IMG/VR virus record: IMGVR_UViG_3300042268_000478 | Coordinates: 1 to 64,000 of that record | Reading direction: 5' to 3' (one strand) | DNA length: 64,000 bases | From: a virus | Taxonomy: Duplodnaviria > Caudoviricetes | Shown: one piece after another, positions 1 through 10,309 of the stretch | Position numbering within the stretch: position 1 is the first letter of the stretch | How the letters are laid out: every line of letters begins with the position of its first letter | Notes under the pieces: model-generated | The model's database searches: none | Told to the model about the DNA's origin: nothing | What the model saw: the letters and a program-made list of their open reading frames with translations, nothing else | Program-made: the position numbers and the translations under genes

Positions 1-39
1 AAGTATCCTCTTTTTACAAAGCTGACAGGGGAATTTTAT

Positions 40-555
40 ATGATCTGTCTGCGCAATGGGGACGGCAGGGAAATAATTGCAAAATTAAATGAGCTTATAA
101 AATTATATAATGGAGCAGATAAAGAAAAAAAAAGAAAAGCCCAGGAAATATTAGAAAGCTGTGCAGTAAATTTTCCACACTTGGTACATATTGAACACAT
201 GAAGGATACTGCCTGTGCCGGACGCCTGATATTTACCTGTGGTGCAGTCAGATGGCACGAATGCCCGTTGAATGTCGTATGGCTAAACTATTTGTCAGGG
301 CAACAAAAAGAGTTCATCACTGCAATGAAAAATATATCGGACAAGCGTAACCAGATCTGCTTGATAAATTGGCGACAGCAAATGTATATACTCAAAACTT
401 TTTGTGAGAAAAATAATTTTGACGCCCAAACAGAGATTATGGGGTTTCTTGATTCTCCATTAATAAAATCAACTTGCAAAAACAAACCGAAAGAATTGGA
501 CGCTATAAAAAAATACATGCTTTCCATTTTTGAAAAACAAAAAGTCTGCAAATAA
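40..555 (+). CDS. hypothetical protein
   Basis: 171-aa ORF with purine-rich leader (gggg aatt); no recognisable motif. Confidence 0.5.
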   Translation: MICLRNGDGREIIAKLNELIKLYNGADKEKKRKAQEILESCAVNFPHLVHIEHMKDTACAGRLIFTCGAVRWHECPLNVVWLNYLSGQQKEFITAMKNISDKRNQICLINWRQQMYILKTFCEKNNFDAQTEIMGFLDSPLIKSTCKNKPKELDAIKKYMLSIFEKQKVCK

Positions 556-633
556 CTTTTGTATTTTTGATATTGTTGTAAAATACAAGCTGTAGCTCCT
601 TGAACAATAAAACATAAAAACATGGCATGCTGT

Positions 634-662
634 TTGAAAAGTTTATAGCTTTAATCTACATT
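634..662 (+). promoter_or_regulatory. sigma70-like promoter, copy 1 of a duplicated 32-bp element
   Basis: TTGAAA-17 nt-TACATT; 632-663 matches 1908-1939 at 29/32 positions. Confidence 0.55.
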
Positions 663-778
663 AGTTTATCCACCAGGAGAGGAAGAATATATCTAATCAA
701 TGTCATGTAGACCAACATGAGAAAGATTGTTTTGCAAAATTCTATAAAATTGAAATAATAACAACGAAGAGGTTTGAA

Positions 779-1792
779 ATGAAAAAGTTCAATAAAACAC
801 TATTTTGGGGAGTATGCGCAATCGGTATTTTAATGCTTACTGGTTGTGGGGACAAACAAAAAGACTTACAGCAAGCTGTTGACAATAAAGATGTCGCAAA
901 AATAAAAGAATTAATCAAAAACGGCGCTGATGTAAATTATAAGGGCAAAAGCGGCAACAGTAGTACACTGTTACATATTGCTCTGCAAAAAGATTTAAAA
1001 ACTTTAAAAGCATTGGTTGATGCCGGAATTAAAGTTGACCAATCTGACAAATGGCAGCGAGGTTTTATGGCTAGATGCATCTCTGGCAGTAATGAAAAAC
1101 GTAACATTGAAAAAATCAAGTTGTTGAAGTTAGCCGGAGCAGGAATCAATGACCAAGGTGGAATGGATGATAAAACTGTCTTGATGCAAGCCGCATCTGT
1201 TGGACATCTCAAGACAGTTATGTTTTTGTTAGCCAACGGCGCTGACCCTAACTTAAAAAACAACAAAGGCAAGACTGCCTATGACCTTGCTTTTAAAAAA
1301 CATTCAAAAGATAAAGTACAGAAAGTATTGGTTTACTTTGAATCCAAAGGAATCATTTCTCCTGATAAAGCCACCATGGAACTGCGCAAAAAGGATTTAG
1401 AGAAAATTGCAGCGAAAAGGCGTATTGCGGAAGCAAAACGAAAAGCGCCAAGATCAATAATCGCCTATAAATTTATCAAATATGATCCTGTAAAAAAAGC
1501 AGCTTTAATTGAAGTTGAGAATAAAACCAACAAAACAATAATGACTTATAGCGGGGTAATCTTTATTAGGCGTTCCGGAAAGATCATCTATTGCTGCGGA
1601 GCTACTGATGCCCAGCCTAATGCTATAGCATTTAAACCACATGACAAAAAACAGTGGTATCTGTCTAGTTCTGCTATGGGCTTTTCTAAAAATGCCAATG
1701 TCGATTTTAGTAAAGAAGGAAATCAGCTGGTATATGAATTTGTAATGAACAAAGTTGCCTTTAAAGACGGAACCAAAAAGGTTTTTAAATAA
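779..1792 (+). CDS. ankyrin-repeat lipoprotein
   Basis: Lipoprotein signal ending LTGC; ankyrin motifs GADVN..TLLHIA and TVLMQAA..GHLKTVMFLLANGADPN..NNKGKTAYD. Confidence 0.8.
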   Translation: MKKFNKTLFWGVCAIGILMLTGCGDKQKDLQQAVDNKDVAKIKELIKNGADVNYKGKSGNSSTLLHIALQKDLKTLKALVDAGIKVDQSDKWQRGFMARCISGSNEKRNIEKIKLLKLAGAGINDQGGMDDKTVLMQAASVGHLKTVMFLLANGADPNLKNNKGKTAYDLAFKKHSKDKVQKVLVYFESKGIISPDKATMELRKKDLEKIAAKRRIAEAKRKAPRSIIAYKFIKYDPVKKAALIEVENKTNKTIMTYSGVIFIRRSGKIIYCCGATDAQPNAIAFKPHDKKQWYLSSSAMGFSKNANVDFSKEGNQLVYEFVMNKVAFKDGTKKVFK

Positions 1793-1909
1793 TATTCATA
1801 ATACGTTGATAGTATAAGCAGAAAAAAACATACCAATGGAACCGATAAATATCCAGCTGTTTTCATCGCATACGGATTAAGGGGGGGTATAGAAAATAAA
1901 GTATCCAGT

Positions 1910-1938
1910 TTGAAAAGTTTATAACTCCAATCTACATT
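1910..1938 (+). promoter_or_regulatory. sigma70-like promoter, copy 2
   Basis: TTGAAA-17 nt-TACATT, 30 nt upstream of ATG 1969; near-identical to 632-663. Confidence 0.55.
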
Positions 1939-1968
1939 AAACTGTCCATTTGAAGGGGCAGGAATTTA

Positions 1969-2343
1969 ATGGAAACTGAAGCGTCGCAAGAACAAATTGA
2001 AGCTTGGCTGGCAACAGCTCAACTTGATTCGATAAGCAAAAAAATTGCTTGGAAGATATTTTTTAGAACTTATTTTAAGTTTCTTTTTCTTATGTTTGCC
2101 GCTTTGCTGCCAATTATAATTGTTGTTCTTACTGGTTCATTCTGGTTTTTGTTGCTGATTTTGCCTTTGCTGTTGCTTGGGAATAAGTATGGTCATTTAA
2201 AAGTTACATTTACTCCCAGCCCAAAATGTCCAATCTGTCAACACGCATTAGTGATACAGGAACGCAACGAAGATGAAACATGGAATTATTATTTGAAATG
2301 TGATGAATGTTCCAAGGAGCCCTGGCATACTCGATTCCTCTAA
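1969..2343 (+). CDS. membrane protein with C-terminal zinc ribbon
   Basis: Hydrophobic segment, then CPIC...CDEC. Confidence 0.65.
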   Translation: METEASQEQIEAWLATAQLDSISKKIAWKIFFRTYFKFLFLMFAALLPIIIVVLTGSFWFLLLILPLLLLGNKYGHLKVTFTPSPKCPICQHALVIQERNEDETWNYYLKCDECSKEPWHTRFL

Positions 2344-2387
2344 ATTACAGTATAGACTAAAAAATAATTTATCGGGAAAAAGAATTA

Positions 2388-2951
2388 ATGAAAAAGCTTC
2401 AAGTACCAATTCTTATCTTAGGAGTGTCGTGCCTCGCAGGGATGATATGGGCTGGTACTCAGGCGAATAGTTTTGATGATATCAGGCAAGAACACTATAT
2501 ACGCCTATTGGGTACTTTGGGGCTTTTCTCCCTTGCCCTGTTTTTAATTGCTTATTTATACGTAAAAATTAAAAACAAACGCCAAATGTATATAGTGATT
2601 TCAGTTATTGCATTCATGTCTTTTATATTAATATTTCCATTCGCAATAACTCCAGATAGAATCCCTTTTAGATATACATATGAAAGTTCTGACGGAGGAT
2701 TTTCCATGTATGAACATAAAGGCGGCAAAACCGCAATGGATATGCCTATAGGATTTTCAGATATTAAAAGAAAATTTGCCGAATATGTGAAGAAGACTGG
2801 GAAAAAAGATGTTGTTTTATGCCGAACATTCAAAAAAGATGACAGGATTCGCTGGCATCATTTTTATGCATGGCTGAGCTACAACACACAAGAACGTTGG
2901 CAATGTCCATATAAAGCACCAGAAGACTTAAAAGCAGAGGAATCGGAGTAA
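2388..2951 (+). CDS. hypothetical membrane protein
   Basis: Three hydrophobic segments followed by a soluble C-terminus. Confidence 0.6.
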   Translation: MKKLQVPILILGVSCLAGMIWAGTQANSFDDIRQEHYIRLLGTLGLFSLALFLIAYLYVKIKNKRQMYIVISVIAFMSFILIFPFAITPDRIPFRYTYESSDGGFSMYEHKGGKTAMDMPIGFSDIKRKFAEYVKKTGKKDVVLCRTFKKDDRIRWHHFYAWLSYNTQERWQCPYKAPEDLKAEESE

Positions 2952-3353
2952 ATGGGAAAAGATACAGTAAACAAGCTTCTCTACGCTGGATCAGCAGTAG
3001 TTGCTCTTATATCGGCAATATTTTTATCATTACTGTTTTTGGGCAAAAGTAGTTATTCACTTAGTATTCCTCCGATATGCCTAGTTCTATTGTTTAGCCC
3101 ATTAGGAAAAAAGTTACACTATATACGTGTATTTACTGTTGCAACTCTTTCGATTATAGCGTCAATGTTAGTCGGGCTTGCAATTCCATTGAATATAGGA
3201 AGATATTTCGATAACCGAGGAGCTCTCGACCCCGACTGGCTTCACCCATTTTACATATTTTGTTTAGTTGCAAGTATAATTTTGGGGCTAGTTCTAGCAT
3301 ATATAATTTTCAAAAAGTATTACAAGAAACAGCAAAATGAAGAAAAAATTTGA
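2952..3353 (+). CDS. hypothetical membrane protein (about 4 TM)
   Basis: Abuts the previous stop (TAA ATG); hydrophobic throughout. Confidence 0.6.
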   Translation: MGKDTVNKLLYAGSAVVALISAIFLSLLFLGKSSYSLSIPPICLVLLFSPLGKKLHYIRVFTVATLSIIASMLVGLAIPLNIGRYFDNRGALDPDWLHPFYIFCLVASIILGLVLAYIIFKKYYKKQQNEEKI

Positions 3354-3371
3354 TGAAAAGGAAATATCCTA

Positions 3372-3671
3372 ATGGAACCCAAAATAATTTTAATATCGGC
3401 GATTGCGGCAAGCACAAATATCATACCAGGTATTCTTCTGGTTATTTATCATGGAGCCATTGAAAGGTTCTTCGGAAGACTTGACGAAATCCCCGTTATT
3501 TCCAGCTTTGGCTATAAAGGTAAATTTTTCGGAATGACCCGCCAAACATTTATAAAATACCTTGGAATCTGGTTTATTGCCTGGGGTGTGATATTCGGCT
3601 TTATTTTCGGGGGAATCCTCAGCAGTTCAAGAGGTAATACAGAAATACAAACATCACAGCAAAATCAGTAA
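3372..3671 (+). CDS. small membrane protein
   Basis: Two hydrophobic segments; AAGGA SD-like sequence upstream. Confidence 0.55.
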   Translation: MEPKIILISAIAASTNIIPGILLVIYHGAIERFFGRLDEIPVISSFGYKGKFFGMTRQTFIKYLGIWFIAWGVIFGFIFGGILSSSRGNTEIQTSQQNQ

Positions 3672-3715
3672 AGATTTTTTAGAATCGTATAAAATAAAAA
3701 AGAGAATGCGTCTCA

Positions 3716-4168
3716 ATGAAAAGGCAAGACAAAATAAAGAACATTATTGGCATAGCAATTCTTTTGGCTTTGATATTACCCGATGTGTTTGTCAGAATAA
3801 TGCCTTCTAAAGCAAGGCGTAGCCTGCCGGATACAGCTACAGAAATCCGAGAAGAATTTGAAGGTCTTATCTGCTGCGACCATCTACGTCTGCTGAAAGC
3901 CAGGATGCCACAAGAAGGCTTTCGTGAGTTTATTAAGAACTATGGCTTAAAAGTAAAATATGATCCCACAACGCATGATAATAAAATTACAACAATTCTG
4001 AATGTCAAATATAGCGGCTCGCCAGATTGGTGGAATGGAGCAAATGAAAAACTTGATGATTGTTATTTTGTCTATGAGCCATACAGAGGCTATTGCTTAC
4101 GGCAAAATATCAAAACGGCTGTCTATATTTTTCTGAAGCCAAATGGTAAATGCTTTTATGAAAGTTAG
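3716..4168 (+). CDS. hypothetical protein with N-terminal anchor, possibly frameshifted near 4101
   Basis: N-terminal hydrophobic stretch; the -1 frame from 4102 gives AKYQNGCLYFSEAKW-stop(4149), which removes the overlap with the next gene. Confidence 0.55.
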   Translation: MKRQDKIKNIIGIAILLALILPDVFVRIMPSKARRSLPDTATEIREEFEGLICCDHLRLLKARMPQEGFREFIKNYGLKVKYDPTTHDNKITTILNVKYSGSPDWWNGANEKLDDCYFVYEPYRGYCLRQNIKTAVYIFLKPNGKCFYES

Positions 4169-4493
4169 AAAATATCATAAATTTGGAAATCGTTATATGT
4201 TCCAGAATTTAATTTTATTTATTCCTGGAGTATATATTTTCTGGCAGTTATGGAAACTTGCAGAAGCTAGATATCCCGCAGTTATTTTTTATGGAGCTCT
4301 TTTCTTGTTTCTGGTTGTTGGATGGATAATTTGGGACAAAATAAGATTTAAAAGTTTTCATTGTCCTCAATGTGGCACAAAGATAGCCGAACCAACCATA
4401 AAGCACAGAAAAGAAGATGACCCAATAAATTACTATTGTCCGACTTGTGATATTGAATGGGAAACTGGATTACATGAATCTCCTGGGGATTGA
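4158..4493 (+). CDS. membrane protein with C-terminal zinc ribbon
   Basis: Two TM segments, then CPQC...CPTC; same architecture as 1969..2343. Confidence 0.65.
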   Translation: MKVRKYHKFGNRYMFQNLILFIPGVYIFWQLWKLAEARYPAVIFYGALFLFLVVGWIIWDKIRFKSFHCPQCGTKIAEPTIKHRKEDDPINYYCPTCDIEWETGLHESPGD

Positions 4494-4501
4494 GGGAAAA
4501 T

Positions 4502-5062
4502 ATGAATTACATGATTTTAAAGAAATTTGGTCCACACAATAAGACTTGTGATGAAGCGTCCAAAGGAGAAATATGTAAAAACTGGGAGGACTTTGCCAAG
4601 TGGTCAGGGATTGAACACTGCAAAGAATATTATTCTCTTGACGGGCTTACAAGGACAAGAATGTTTAATCCTGAAACCGAGGAAGATTGGCAAAATTGCA
4701 TTAATGATGACTTCAAAATAGACATAATAACAAACCTTGAATACGCCCTGAAAGTTATTCACAAATATCCTGCTTCTGAGATTGTCGGAGTTATTGAAGA
4801 ACCCGTCTCAAAGTTTTTTGATGCGCCTGCCGGTCATATTCTTGTTGGATATGATATTCTTGACGGCTATAATGATGTGTCGCTGTTGACTAACTGGAGA
4901 AGCAACGATTGCATGGCGAAAATCAAATTAAATGACTTGGCTTTACTTGATAGTCTGGAAGAGGCATATACGTTGGCAGAAAGATTACGTAAAGATTTTG
5001 CAACAGACCCTCATGCTTGTAACTGTCAAGTGTGGGCTGTATATAAAGTACTCCAAATGTAA
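4502..5062 (+). CDS. hypothetical protein
   Basis: ~186-aa ORF, first ATG at 4502; no recognised family. Confidence 0.6.
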   Translation: MNYMILKKFGPHNKTCDEASKGEICKNWEDFAKWSGIEHCKEYYSLDGLTRTRMFNPETEEDWQNCINDDFKIDIITNLEYALKVIHKYPASEIVGVIEEPVSKFFDAPAGHILVGYDILDGYNDVSLLTNWRSNDCMAKIKLNDLALLDSLEEAYTLAERLRKDFATDPHACNCQVWAVYKVLQM

Positions 5063-5079
5063 GGAATCAAGGCAAAAAG

Positions 5080-5092
5080 AATGGTCGACCAT
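5080..5092. other. putative left attachment site
   Basis: AATGGTCG core shared with the tRNA end at 63339; continues as the palindrome ATGGTCGACCAT (5081-5092); CATTCTCTG at 5111 is the reverse complement of CAGAGAATG at 63325. Confidence 0.65.
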
Positions 5093-5226
5093 GTTTTAGC
5101 TTATCGAACTCATTCTCTGGTTTGATATGCATTTTTTCGATACTCAAACCAACTCCTCGAACTTTTCTCTGTTTTTTCGTTGCGAATCAATAAGTTTGCA
5201 AACCGATAATTTTTGATTCTCGCAGC

Positions 5227-8200
5227 CTACTGCAATTGCTTTCTCTTCAGTGAATAGAAGGTATTCGAAAAGAAATCATTGTTGTTGTCTATGATTTTTT
5301 GAGGACATAAATCAACGAATTGCTGATAATCTTTTCTCTCTCCTATTTGATCAATAATAGCAAGCATCATTTTCGCGACATCAAAATCTATCTCAGGCAA
5401 TGTCCAGAGCCATTCAAAAAGGCTTTCAAGAATATTTCTGTCAGAAACACCCAACCGCACAAGAACTTCTATATAACCATAGTAAATCGATATAGGGTGC
5501 TTTTCCTTTGCTTTTATATTTTGGAGGCAATTATTATAATGTTGGAATCGGCGAGACTTACAAATAGCAATGCCATATAATAGTTTTCCCTTGTCTAACA
5601 ATAATCGATCAATATGGTCTTCCCTGTATTTGAACCAACCATACTTATTGCATACTTCATAAATATTGCCTAAATCGTGCTCAGATAAATATTTAATATA
5701 AGGTGACAAAGCCATCAATTGGTGAAATCTTGTTATTCCTGGATGATTTACTGTTTTCAATCCCCAGGCGCTTCCAAAAGATTCAAAAACCTCTGTTGGG
5801 GTTGCATGCTGCGAAACCACATTCTCAACTAAGCTACATAATTTGTCCGTTGCAACATACAAGGCTCCGAGAATATAATCTCCGTTACACTTAAGATGTT
5901 CCCAATGCTTTACGAAAAGAGCTTCAGCCTCATAATGAGGAAGTTTAATAATAATTTGTGGCATACAAAAATCAACCTCAAGAAATGATTTCCCCCAGAC
6001 TTTGGAAACTTTATTTTTGCGAATTTCCAAATATGCATCTATTAAATCAATAAAAATCTTTGGATTGATATCCCTTGCAAATTGCCAATAGTAACTACTT
6101 TCTAAATTGTTATTAATGATTTCATGGTACAGCCCCAGTGCAGTAGTGTCACCTTTTTTTATTCTCTGCACAATCAATTGATTGTATAATTTATCTTCAC
6201 CATTGCTATGCCTTGTCATCATTTCAATATTGTCGTCATTTCCCGTCGTAGCCCAAAGTTGCAATGCTTTGCCTCTAGCCCAAATTTCTGTTTGAGGGTT
6301 AGCCCAAACTCTATAAAGCCAATTTTGCGAATTAAGCGATAAAACTATTCCGTTATTTGTTTTATTTTGTTCCCAGTGTTGAGTAAAACGTAGTGCGAAA
6401 ATCATGTCATGTTTACTACAGAAGTCCAATACGTATTCAAAAGCAATCCAGCAATCTACTCCATGTAGCAAATATGCAGTTGTATTCTCAAAAAACTTAT
6501 TCCCACTATTTATTGCTAAGCTAATTAAAAATTTGACAATTTTTGCTGTGGGGGGCACTTTAGTTAGGATATTCTTCAAAATTTGAATGTCACAATAATT
6601 TCGTGTATTATCTTCATTCTCCTTGTTCCACACCTTAGAAATCAACTCCGAGGTTAATATGTACCCAAGCAATTTTTCGGGGTTATCTCCAGAGCAATAT
6701 AAACCAGCAAAAAAATAATCATTCAGCAAGGCTGTTTTAGTCTCATCAGTTTCTTGTGCCCAAGCACATCTGACACTTTCTTGCAGGATTGGATTTTGCA
6801 GATACCCAGCAAGCCTGAGCATGCCTGAGCGTTGTTCAGATGTAGCGTTTTTAAGTTGTATTTGTAATTCAGAAGCAAATTGACCGTTATATTTTTCAAT
6901 TGCCTTATTAAAATCTGAATTAAAATTAGCATAACAACGGCCTATATCCATGTGGGCGCAAACATCTATGCCGCCAGTAATATCTCCATTCCTAAAAGAC
7001 GCAAAAGAAAGAAACCAATCGTTTCCGGGGAAGATACTCAAAATATCTCTAACATGGGAAGAATCTGTTTGCGCCAAGCAAAACGAACATTCGTATATCA
7101 AGTTTTTATTTGATGGAGATAAAGCGCTAACGCTAGTAAGCCACTCTTTTATACAATCTACGATGAATATTTGCTCTTTTGTTTTGGCTTCTCCAAATTC
7201 TTTTAATGCAAAGAAAAGCGCAAGAGGGTTAAGCAACTTTATTTTCCCTATTACACTTTCAGTAATGCTAGAGTCGCATATTGCATGTCCCATTGCTTCT
7301 GCAAAAAAAGGTTCTGCCAAGCAATCATCCGATATATCGCCCGTTTGCATACTTTGGGATATCGCATTAGCCGCAAGCCAATCTCGGACTCGATCATGCC
7401 GGAAAACTATTGAAGTATTTCCTGCGCAGTCTTCCATATTGAAGATTTCTCTTTGGTTTCCGATTACCCGCAAAGCATCTATAGTCTCCGGCCTATCAAA
7501 ATTATGATTTCCAACATCCCTCCAGGATATTGCCAGCTGCCTGTTCTCATACATCATTATCATCATTGCGCTTAGGGCATCCATATAATCAGCAGAAACA
7601 AAGCGTGAAGAATTATTTGACAGCAACTCTAGTTTTTGTGTTATCAATTGCCCTATCGCTTGATTGGCGTCAATATCTTTATTGTCGTTAATGTCATGCA
7701 GCGCAATGAGCAAAGGGTCATAGCCCAATTTCTTTGCAATTTCATCGGCAGTATAGTCGGTGACGGGGGAGACTGCTTGGCGATATTTGGCTTTTACTGC
7801 TTCTCGCCCTTCAAGCCTAGAGAAAACATCAAAGCTATGTGTTAATCTATCTGCAAGTTCCCTTAGTTGCGAGTCCAACCCCAAGATATTCCTTGGTTGA
7901 ATGGGGCATATTATTAAAATGGGTTGGCTAAATTCGCCATCATTACATGATGCTTGATGCCAGCTTAATAATTTTTCTAGAAGTCGCTGTGGATTTGTTG
8001 ATTTGTTGACATCTTCAACGATAATCACAAATGGATTCCGTGGTTTTGCAAGACTCAAAGCATCTGATACTGAGCTCTCGTGCAAATGAGGATGAAGATT
8101 TTTTAAGGTAAGAGCAATAGCCGCAAATAGAGAATCGCTTTGAGATAATATACTATCCGTTAAAACTATACCATATCCCCCTTTATTTATATGCTCGTTG

Positions 8201-8907
8201 AGGAATTTATGGCAAACGACGCTTTTTCCATATCCTGACTTTGCTGATAATATCAAAAGCCCTATATGGTTAGAATCTCTGAGGCGCACATCAATTGAAC
8301 GCGTAATCCAGAATGCAGGAGAGCTGGGAATATGCAATTCTCTCAAGCTCGCTGAGGATAGTTCATTCAATAATTCAGGCGATAATAATTCTTGTGGAAT
8401 ACCCAGGAATTTATAGCGTATGTACTGCCCTGTTGTATCATAATCAAGAAAGTGAGCAATGCTACTAAGTCCCCAAGCGTCAATCTGGATATTGTAATTT
8501 TGTGCAAATTCACATATTTTGCTGGCGGTGTCATTTGAAGGCTCTGTGTTGAAAGCGAGTATGAGCCTACATTGTAATTTTGGGTTCTTTTTCTTTTCTT
8601 GATTGTATATTTCCGATGTTTTTATAATATCGCCGGGGGCTTTTTTTGATTTGCTAAATAATTTATTATCAAGAGACTTGGAGGCTGTGATCGTACACTG
8701 CACTGCAATCATTGTGTTGTTACTGAAGTAAATCCCATCTAATGGAGCTTTTTGGGTTTTGCCTTTTGGCGTTATGCCTGTATGGAACAATGCTCCATAT
8801 TCCTCGGGATTTTCTTCCCGCAAAACAGCAATAAACAAACGTTCAAACACCCCAGGGTCTGTTATCGCAGCTAAACTTTCGGTTGTTTGTGTATTGCCCC
8901 CAACCAT
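5227..8907 (-). CDS. STAND/NACHT-like NTPase with N-terminal Mrr-like nuclease domain (Avs-like defence protein)
   Basis: N-terminal FERLF...LDGI...AVQC (Mrr-like pattern); Walker A SGYGKS; Walker B IIVEDVN; long helical C-terminus. Confidence 0.65.
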   Translation of the reverse strand: MVGGNTQTTESLAAITDPGVFERLFIAVLREENPEEYGALFHTGITPKGKTQKAPLDGIYFSNNTMIAVQCTITASKSLDNKLFSKSKKAPGDIIKTSEIYNQEKKKNPKLQCRLILAFNTEPSNDTASKICEFAQNYNIQIDAWGLSSIAHFLDYDTTGQYIRYKFLGIPQELLSPELLNELSSASLRELHIPSSPAFWITRSIDVRLRDSNHIGLLILSAKSGYGKSVVCHKFLNEHINKGGYGIVLTDSILSQSDSLFAAIALTLKNLHPHLHESSVSDALSLAKPRNPFVIIVEDVNKSTNPQRLLEKLLSWHQASCNDGEFSQPILIICPIQPRNILGLDSQLRELADRLTHSFDVFSRLEGREAVKAKYRQAVSPVTDYTADEIAKKLGYDPLLIALHDINDNKDIDANQAIGQLITQKLELLSNNSSRFVSADYMDALSAMMIMMYENRQLAISWRDVGNHNFDRPETIDALRVIGNQREIFNMEDCAGNTSIVFRHDRVRDWLAANAISQSMQTGDISDDCLAEPFFAEAMGHAICDSSITESVIGKIKLLNPLALFFALKEFGEAKTKEQIFIVDCIKEWLTSVSALSPSNKNLIYECSFCLAQTDSSHVRDILSIFPGNDWFLSFASFRNGDITGGIDVCAHMDIGRCYANFNSDFNKAIEKYNGQFASELQIQLKNATSEQRSGMLRLAGYLQNPILQESVRCAWAQETDETKTALLNDYFFAGLYCSGDNPEKLLGYILTSELISKVWNKENEDNTRNYCDIQILKNILTKVPPTAKIVKFLISLAINSGNKFFENTTAYLLHGVDCWIAFEYVLDFCSKHDMIFALRFTQHWEQNKTNNGIVLSLNSQNWLYRVWANPQTEIWARGKALQLWATTGNDDNIEMMTRHSNGEDKLYNQLIVQRIKKGDTTALGLYHEIINNNLESSYYWQFARDINPKIFIDLIDAYLEIRKNKVSKVWGKSFLEVDFCMPQIIIKLPHYEAEALFVKHWEHLKCNGDYILGALYVATDKLCSLVENVVSQHATPTEVFESFGSAWGLKTVNHPGITRFHQLMALSPYIKYLSEHDLGNIYEVCNKYGWFKYREDHIDRLLLDKGKLLYGIAICKSRRFQHYNNCLQNIKAKEKHPISIYYGYIEVLVRLGVSDRNILESLFEWLWTLPEIDFDVAKMMLAIIDQIGERKDYQQFVDLCPQKIIDNNNDFFSNTFYSLKRKQLQ

Positions 8908-9449
8908 TATTGACTCCTTTGGTTTACCGCTCTGCCAACCTGAACATCTTGGAAGTAATGATTGCTGTCAATATAGGAAACAATTTTCCCATTATCATAA
9001 ATAGCGTGCGCGCAATAGAGGTTGCGGTTGCTGTGATTCATTACATTTGGCAGGATATAACGCTGGTGCAGTGGCATCGTTCCATAGTCAATGGATTCTT
9101 CGTTAATCCATACTGGGGCTCCTTCAGGGGTATCGCTTAAAATCTCGCCAGAGTAGCCAAATGCTTTTGCAATGTACATTATGCCGCTTTTGTCTTCATT
9201 GTCAACCCAACTAAATGTCCCCCATAAGAACGGCTCTAACAGCATTGCGCCTGTTTCCTCGTGGAACTCCCTTGTTGCCGATTCAAGCACCGATTCGCCG
9301 GGTTCAATTTTCCCTCCCGGAGGGATAAGTTTGCCTGCATTCATCCTAGAGCCGGGCGGCTTTTGCAAAACCAATAATTTGCCATCGCAAAAGAGGTATG
9401 TCAGCGTGAAAGGCAAAAACCTTGTATTTTCATGATATTTTGATTCCAT
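8907..9449 (-). CDS. NUDIX hydrolase (MutT/MTH1-like)
   Basis: Nudix box GGKIEPGESVLESATREFHEETG; ATG at 9449 overlaps the upstream TAA (TAATG). Confidence 0.9.
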   Translation of the reverse strand: MESKYHENTRFLPFTLTYLFCDGKLLVLQKPPGSRMNAGKLIPPGGKIEPGESVLESATREFHEETGAMLLEPFLWGTFSWVDNEDKSGIMYIAKAFGYSGEILSDTPEGAPVWINEESIDYGTMPLHQRYILPNVMNHSNRNLYCAHAIYDNGKIVSYIDSNHYFQDVQVGRAVNQRSQ

Positions 9450-10309
9450 TACGACTGCACTCCTGGAGCTTGCCTGCCGTAGTATGCCTTCACGGCAACC
9501 CCATTTAACCAAGGATGTTCAGTCACGGTTATTGGGTTAGCAGGGCTTTCTATTTGAGCTCGGCTATTCCATAAATTAAATGAAGAAGGAGTAGCGAGCG
9601 CGACAACCTCTATAACATTTCTTTGCCCTGACACTAATCCCATTGCAGGAGAAAAAGGATTCGTGATAGTCCACATTGGGCGGACACGGAGGGTTGTCTT
9701 GAATACGCCTTGGGCAGATTGGATTCTAGCAATCTCCTTGGAGTTTAAGTAATCATAATCCGTATCGGCAAATGCTTGCTGCACGCCGGCGCTTGCCGTG
9801 CCAAACATGTTTTGCGAGTCTGCTGCATCAAGCAATGCCCCTTCGATAAACGCCACTTTGCAGATAAACGAGCCGTCCATTAACGCAAAACAATAAAACA
9901 GGGGGGCAGACTCCCTTGCTTCTTGCTGTAAAACGTCTGCTACCGCACGTGTTGCCGTTTCGATATTGATTTCCCTTTTTACAGGGGAACTGTTCAGTTG
10001 TATTTCTCCAGATATAGAGCTAGTTTTTTTTACCTCGACGGCACAACCATTGGCGAGGATAAAGTCAGGAGGGTTATTTGCCGACCCTAAATGGCTCATG
10101 AAAGCCCCTGGATGAGTATATTGTTGGCTTGCCAGGCAATTGCAATAACCCATTTGGATTGCGTTTTCAACGTCAGCCCCTGATTGGCTAACGCGGTTCC
10201 CATAAGCATTAGGCTGTGCAAATAAAGAACTATCGAGTGCTCCGTATTGTGAAAAATAAGAAGCAAAATCGAAGAATGCAACTCCTGTATCAGTAAGCGG
10301 GTTATTCAT
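9449..10309 (-). CDS. NgoPII-family type II restriction endonuclease (GGCC family)
   Basis: NR..QSG, HLGSANNPPDFIL..AVEVKK..LNSS and LRVRPMWTITNPF match the NgoPII pattern; PD...EVK intact. Confidence 0.8.
   Translation of the reverse strand: MNNPLTDTGVAFFDFASYFSQYGALDSSLFAQPNAYGNRVSQSGADVENAIQMGYCNCLASQQYTHPGAFMSHLGSANNPPDFILANGCAVEVKKTSSISGEIQLNSSPVKREINIETATRAVADVLQQEARESAPLFYCFALMDGSFICKVAFIEGALLDAADSQNMFGTASAGVQQAFADTDYDYLNSKEIARIQSAQGVFKTTLRVRPMWTITNPFSPAMGLVSGQRNVIEVVALATPSSFNLWNSRAQIESPANPITVTEHPWLNGVAVKAYYGRQAPGVQS

Noticed and set aside
1969-5062. Integron cassette array
   Set aside because: Spacers are 0-45 bp with no RYYYAAC...GTTRRRY attC structure, and no integron integrase is in view.
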